64,000 nucleotides of DNA from the IMG/VR virus record IMGVR_UViG_3300045988_114702; one strand, 5' to 3'. Source of the stretch: a virus. The notes beneath the pieces were generated by a model. The model did not search any database, was not told the DNA's origin, and saw nothing but the letters and a program-made list of their open reading frames with translations. This document shows, in pieces, positions 61,698 through 64,000 of this stretch. Made by a program: the position numbers and the translations under genes. The first letter of the stretch is position 1; every line of letters starts with the position of its first letter.

Positions 61698-62281
61698 GTT
61701 TCAAACCATTCTCCGCAGTGCGGGCACTGGATAAGCTTAGAGCCGCTCTGTTGCGCCGTAGCGGGCTGAAAAGGTGCAGGCTGTCCAGATTGCTGGCTTT
61801 CGGGGTCCGGGCCTGTATCGGTCGCTTTGGGCGGCTGTTGGGCAGGCTCCGTGAAAAACTCCTCAAAATCAGAATCGTCCACATCCCGGAGCAGACCATC
61901 AAGTTCCACTTCGCTGAAGCCAGTGCTGCTCAGATCTACATCCAGCGCCTGCAATGCATCCATTTCGGCGCGGAGCACATCATCATTCCAAGAGGATGCC
62001 TCTGCCACCTTGTTGTCTGCAATGCGGTATGCCTTAATCTGCGCGTCCGTCAGGTCATCGACCCGGATGCAGGGCACTTTGTCCATGCCCAGCCGTTTTG
62101 CGGCCTCATAGCGGGTGTGTCCGGCAATGATCGTGCCTTTTCCATCAATCAAGATGGGCACCCGGAATCCAAATTCCTTGATGCTTTGGGCTACCGGACC
62201 AACGGCTGCTTCGTTGTTTCTGGGGTTGTTCTCATAGGGATGGATCTGCGAAATATCCTGATACACTACTTGCTGATTCAT
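61694..62281 (-). CDS. ParB N-terminal (ParB/Srx) domain protein with C-terminal zinc knuckle
   Basis: IHPYENNPRNN...ILIDGKGTIIAGHTRYEAAKRLG. ATGA overlap with the DpdA-like gene. The ATG at 62281 has an RBS. Confidence 0.8.
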   Translation of the reverse strand: MNQQVVYQDISQIHPYENNPRNNEAAVGPVAQSIKEFGFRVPILIDGKGTIIAGHTRYEAAKRLGMDKVPCIRVDDLTDAQIKAYRIADNKVAEASSWNDDVLRAEMDALQALDVDLSSTGFSEVELDGLLRDVDDSDFEEFFTEPAQQPPKATDTGPDPESQQSGQPAPFQPATAQQSGSKLIQCPHCGEWFET

Positions 62282-62359
62282 TTTTTCTCCCTTCTTTGCT
62301 TTTCCGCTGGCGTTGCGGAACAAATTAGGGAGCGGCGGTATCTTTCCTCCTTTCTGGGC

Positions 62360-62394
62360 ATAAAAATACCCGTCCGGTGGCGAAACCGGGCGGG
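62360..62394 (-). terminator. hairpin plus T-run in the leader upstream of the ParB-like gene
   Basis: On the minus strand: CCCGCCCGGT-TTCGCC-ACCGGACGGG followed by TATTTTTAT. Confidence 0.45.
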
Positions 62395-62425
62395 CAATGC
62401 GCTATGATTAGAATTTTACGGTATT

Positions 62426-62472
62426 ATTGTACCACTTTTGCCGTGACGCGTCCATGACATCTTTTTGACATC
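62426..62472 (-). promoter_or_regulatory. candidate promoter (TGGACG-17-TGgTACAAT) abutting a GATGTCA-N4-GATGTCA dyad
   Basis: -10 element at 62426-62431 and -35 element at 62449-62454. GATGTCA copies at 62455-62461 and 62466-62472 (minus strand). Confidence 0.35.
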
Positions 62473-62475
62473 GGA

Positions 62476-63051
62476 CTAAGACATTTCCAATGCGTCGATA
62501 CCAAACATCAGCATCGAGATTTTATCCACTGCTGCATCATGGTCACGGTAAACCTGCCGGGCGCTCACGTTTTCCTGCATCGCGATCTGCTCCACAGGCT
62601 TGGCAGTCTCGTCAATGTACATGGCCTTGATGATGCGCAGGCCCCGCTTCAGAGCTTCATTGTCGCTCTGGGCGCAGTAGGTTTCGTACAGGCCAAGCAT
62701 TGCATCGATATGGCGAATCATGATTTTAGTGCGCCGGCAGCTGTTGCGGATGGATTCAACCGTAATGGCATTGTTCCGCTGGAGCATCATGTCCAGCAGT
62801 TCCAGTGCGGTTTCTTCCTCCTGACCATCATGTTCGCCAGCCTCGTCCGTATAGACCGCACCCGTGCAATGTTTTTTGAACATCCGGTAGTTCTTCAGGA
62901 GCAACTTCGTGTTCCGCAACCGGCGGTCACACCGGCCTGCGGCTTTACGGGCCTGCTCGGCCACAACTTCCTTTGCACCCTCGCGGGCAGCTTTGCGGGC
63001 AGTTTCTTCGATGAACGCCATCATATCTTCCGGGATAGTCATTTTGCGCAT
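62476..63051 (-). CDS. late-gene transcriptional regulator candidate (sigma-70 region-4-like / ArpU-RinA type)
   Basis: The C-terminal EQIAMQENVSARQVYRDHDAAVDKIS resembles a sigma region-4 HTH. It sits upstream of the packaging genes. Confidence 0.5.
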   Translation of the reverse strand: MRKMTIPEDMMAFIEETARKAAREGAKEVVAEQARKAAGRCDRRLRNTKLLLKNYRMFKKHCTGAVYTDEAGEHDGQEEETALELLDMMLQRNNAITVESIRNSCRRTKIMIRHIDAMLGLYETYCAQSDNEALKRGLRIIKAMYIDETAKPVEQIAMQENVSARQVYRDHDAAVDKISMLMFGIDALEMS

Positions 63052-63065
63052 CCTCCTGTTCTACG

Positions 63066-63094
63066 TTGCCAAAATCCATCAATTTAGGTATAAT
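63066..63094 (+). promoter_or_regulatory. near-consensus sigma-70 promoter on the plus strand (TTGCCA-17-TATAAT)
   Basis: Hexamers at 63066-63071 and 63089-63094. It points antisense into gene 63144..63836. Confidence 0.35.
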
Positions 63095-63143
63095 AGAATT
63101 GCTTTTCTCGGGGGATTGCGCAAGCAGTCCTCTTTTTGTTTGC

Positions 63144-63836
63144 TCAAATTGCGCTCATGCGGCGGGAAATTTCGCTCTGGCTCAAAACGGCCAGCGGCTG
63201 GCGGGTAATGCCGCGCTCTGCTGCCATCTTAGCCGATACGGCCTCCATTGCCCGCAGCATATCTGCCCTCTGGGCTTCTGCGGAGCCGCCGGGCAGGATA
63301 TGATCTTTGCTTTCCCGCATATCGTTGATTTTGAGTTCTTCCTGCAAAGCCTGTTCCGAACAGCGGCGAAGCAGTTCCATTGCATAGGCTTCACCGTCCT
63401 GCTCTACCCATCCGATGTACTGCCGGTAGTTATCCAGCGTTTCCTGTTTCAAGCGGGCAAGCCGTTCCTTGCCGAAGCCGAAGGTCAGGTGCGTTGTTGC
63501 CGCCATAACCAGCCAAGCGATCTCTGCGCCCTCGTTCTGGGCCATGCGGAGCTGCTCTTCCCTGCGGTTGCGCGGAGCCTTGGTCTGCGGAAGCCGGACC
63601 TCAAAATCACAGATGCCTTTCAAGTCCTCCCGCATGGCATCCGTTGCACTCTTGCGGTTCTCGGTCAGGATTTTTGTCCTATACCGCTGCTGAAACTCGT
63701 GCATCTCATTACAGGCCCGCTCCAAGCGTGTGGCTCCAATGCCCTCTTCCTGGTGCATAGCCACCACCATACACCAAGTGAAGATCTGCGCCGCCTTATC
63801 CCGTTCATCAGCCCGCTGCTGGCGAATATTCTTCAT
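63144..63836 (-). CDS. hypothetical protein with an internal two-fold duplication
   Basis: IFTWCMVVAMHQEEGIGATRLERACNEMHEFQQRY parallels IAWLVMAATTHLTFGFGKERLARLKQETLDNYRQY. ATGA start at 63836. Confidence 0.55.
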   Translation of the reverse strand: MKNIRQQRADERDKAAQIFTWCMVVAMHQEEGIGATRLERACNEMHEFQQRYRTKILTENRKSATDAMREDLKGICDFEVRLPQTKAPRNRREEQLRMAQNEGAEIAWLVMAATTHLTFGFGKERLARLKQETLDNYRQYIGWVEQDGEAYAMELLRRCSEQALQEELKINDMRESKDHILPGGSAEAQRADMLRAMEAVSAKMAAERGITRQPLAVLSQSEISRRMSAI

Positions 63837-63964
63837 CTGTTTTGCCATCTCCAATCTTTGCATCCGAAAATTTTTGCCAGGATTTTTTTGTGCTTACTGC
63901 AATCCCAGTAGTTCTTGCACCACCGACACTGACCATTGCACAGGAACGACAGATGCGCTTTCAT
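63833..63964 (-). CDS. small Cys-rich protein (43 aa)
   Basis: ATG at 63964 follows AAAGGAGGG. Product: MKAHLSFLCNGQCRWCKNYWDCSKHKK.... Confidence 0.4.
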   Translation of the reverse strand: MKAHLSFLCNGQCRWCKNYWDCSKHKKILAKIFGCKDWRWQNR

Positions 63965-64000
63965 GTGCCCTCCTTTGCATTTTTGACCTTCGGTCCAGCC

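Larger units (their letters stand above)
1..64000. mobile_element. Temperate contractile-tailed phage genome, attP-intact permutation, no host flanks visible
   Basis: Complete early, lysogeny, packaging, head, tail and lysis modules fill the window. The integrase lies next to a noncoding region in mid-window, flanked by phage genes on both sides. Confidence 0.85.

Noticed and set aside
59216-62475. preQ1 riboswitch upstream of the QueT-like gene or of the ParB/DpdA operon
   Set aside because: The QueT-like gene is internal to the operon, only 14 nt after the QueF-like stop. The 62.3-62.5 kb leader hairpin lacks the short stem plus A-rich tail of preQ1-I as I remember it. An Rfam scan would be needed to be sure.
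1-64000. Integrated prophage with host flanks, or two adjacent prophages
   Set aside because: No housekeeping genes are visible at either edge. The gene order lysis - noncoding gap - int(+) - repressor - early genes is the circular/vegetative lambda-like order. The left part has only early genes and the right part only late genes, so together they make one genome.

Overview
The whole 64-kb window reads as one temperate, contractile-tailed (myovirus-like) phage genome. GGAGG-type ribosome-binding sites and the gene families present suggest a Firmicutes/Clostridia-like host. I see no host flanks. The integrase (25358..26470, + strand) sits mid-window next to a 0.5-kb noncoding attP-like region, so this looks like the non-integrated (attP-intact) permutation. 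Almost every gene is on the minus strand.

Reading right to left:
- small Cys-rich ORF, duplicated-domain protein and sigma-like late regulator
- ParB-like / DpdA-like / SAM-methyltransferase / QueF-like / QueT-like operon (candidate 7-deazaguanine DNA-modification module that depends on salvaged precursor)
- terS and terL
- portal fused to a NUDIX domain plus a toxin-like C-terminus, coupled to a CPCC-type small ORF
- three tRNAs (Gly-UCC, Gln-UUG, Thr-UGU)
- MuF, scaffold/protease, cement protein, major capsid and connector proteins
- sheath, tube, tail chaperone with a -1 frameshift site, and tape measure
- baseplate (hub, V, W/gp25, J) and tail fibre
- a 63-Cys CXXX-repeat protein with two small ORFs and a radical SAM/SPASM enzyme
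- fibre-like proteins
- a diversity-generating retroelement (target with VR, TR, RT)
- XkdX-like protein, M23 endolysin, holin and a strong terminator
- XRE regulator, attP region, integrase (+), DUF4236 protein (+) and repressor (+)
- three divergent XRE switch modules that share one operator palindrome
- a long early operon: SLT, DUF1351, RecT, MBL, HNH, DnaD-like, motif-IV-less N6-MTase-like, PcfK/PcfJ-like, Gp37/Gp68, sliding clamp, YopX, DUF551-like, ASCH and three Lar-like zinc-ribbon proteins

The most unusual loci are the CXXX-repeat/radical-SAM cassette inside the tail-fibre block, the salvage-type deazaguanine module, the portal-NUDIX-toxin fusion and the DGR.

All family calls come from recognising motifs in the translated ORFs by eye. 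No database search was run. Start codons that I refined from the ORF track are noted in the evidence fields.
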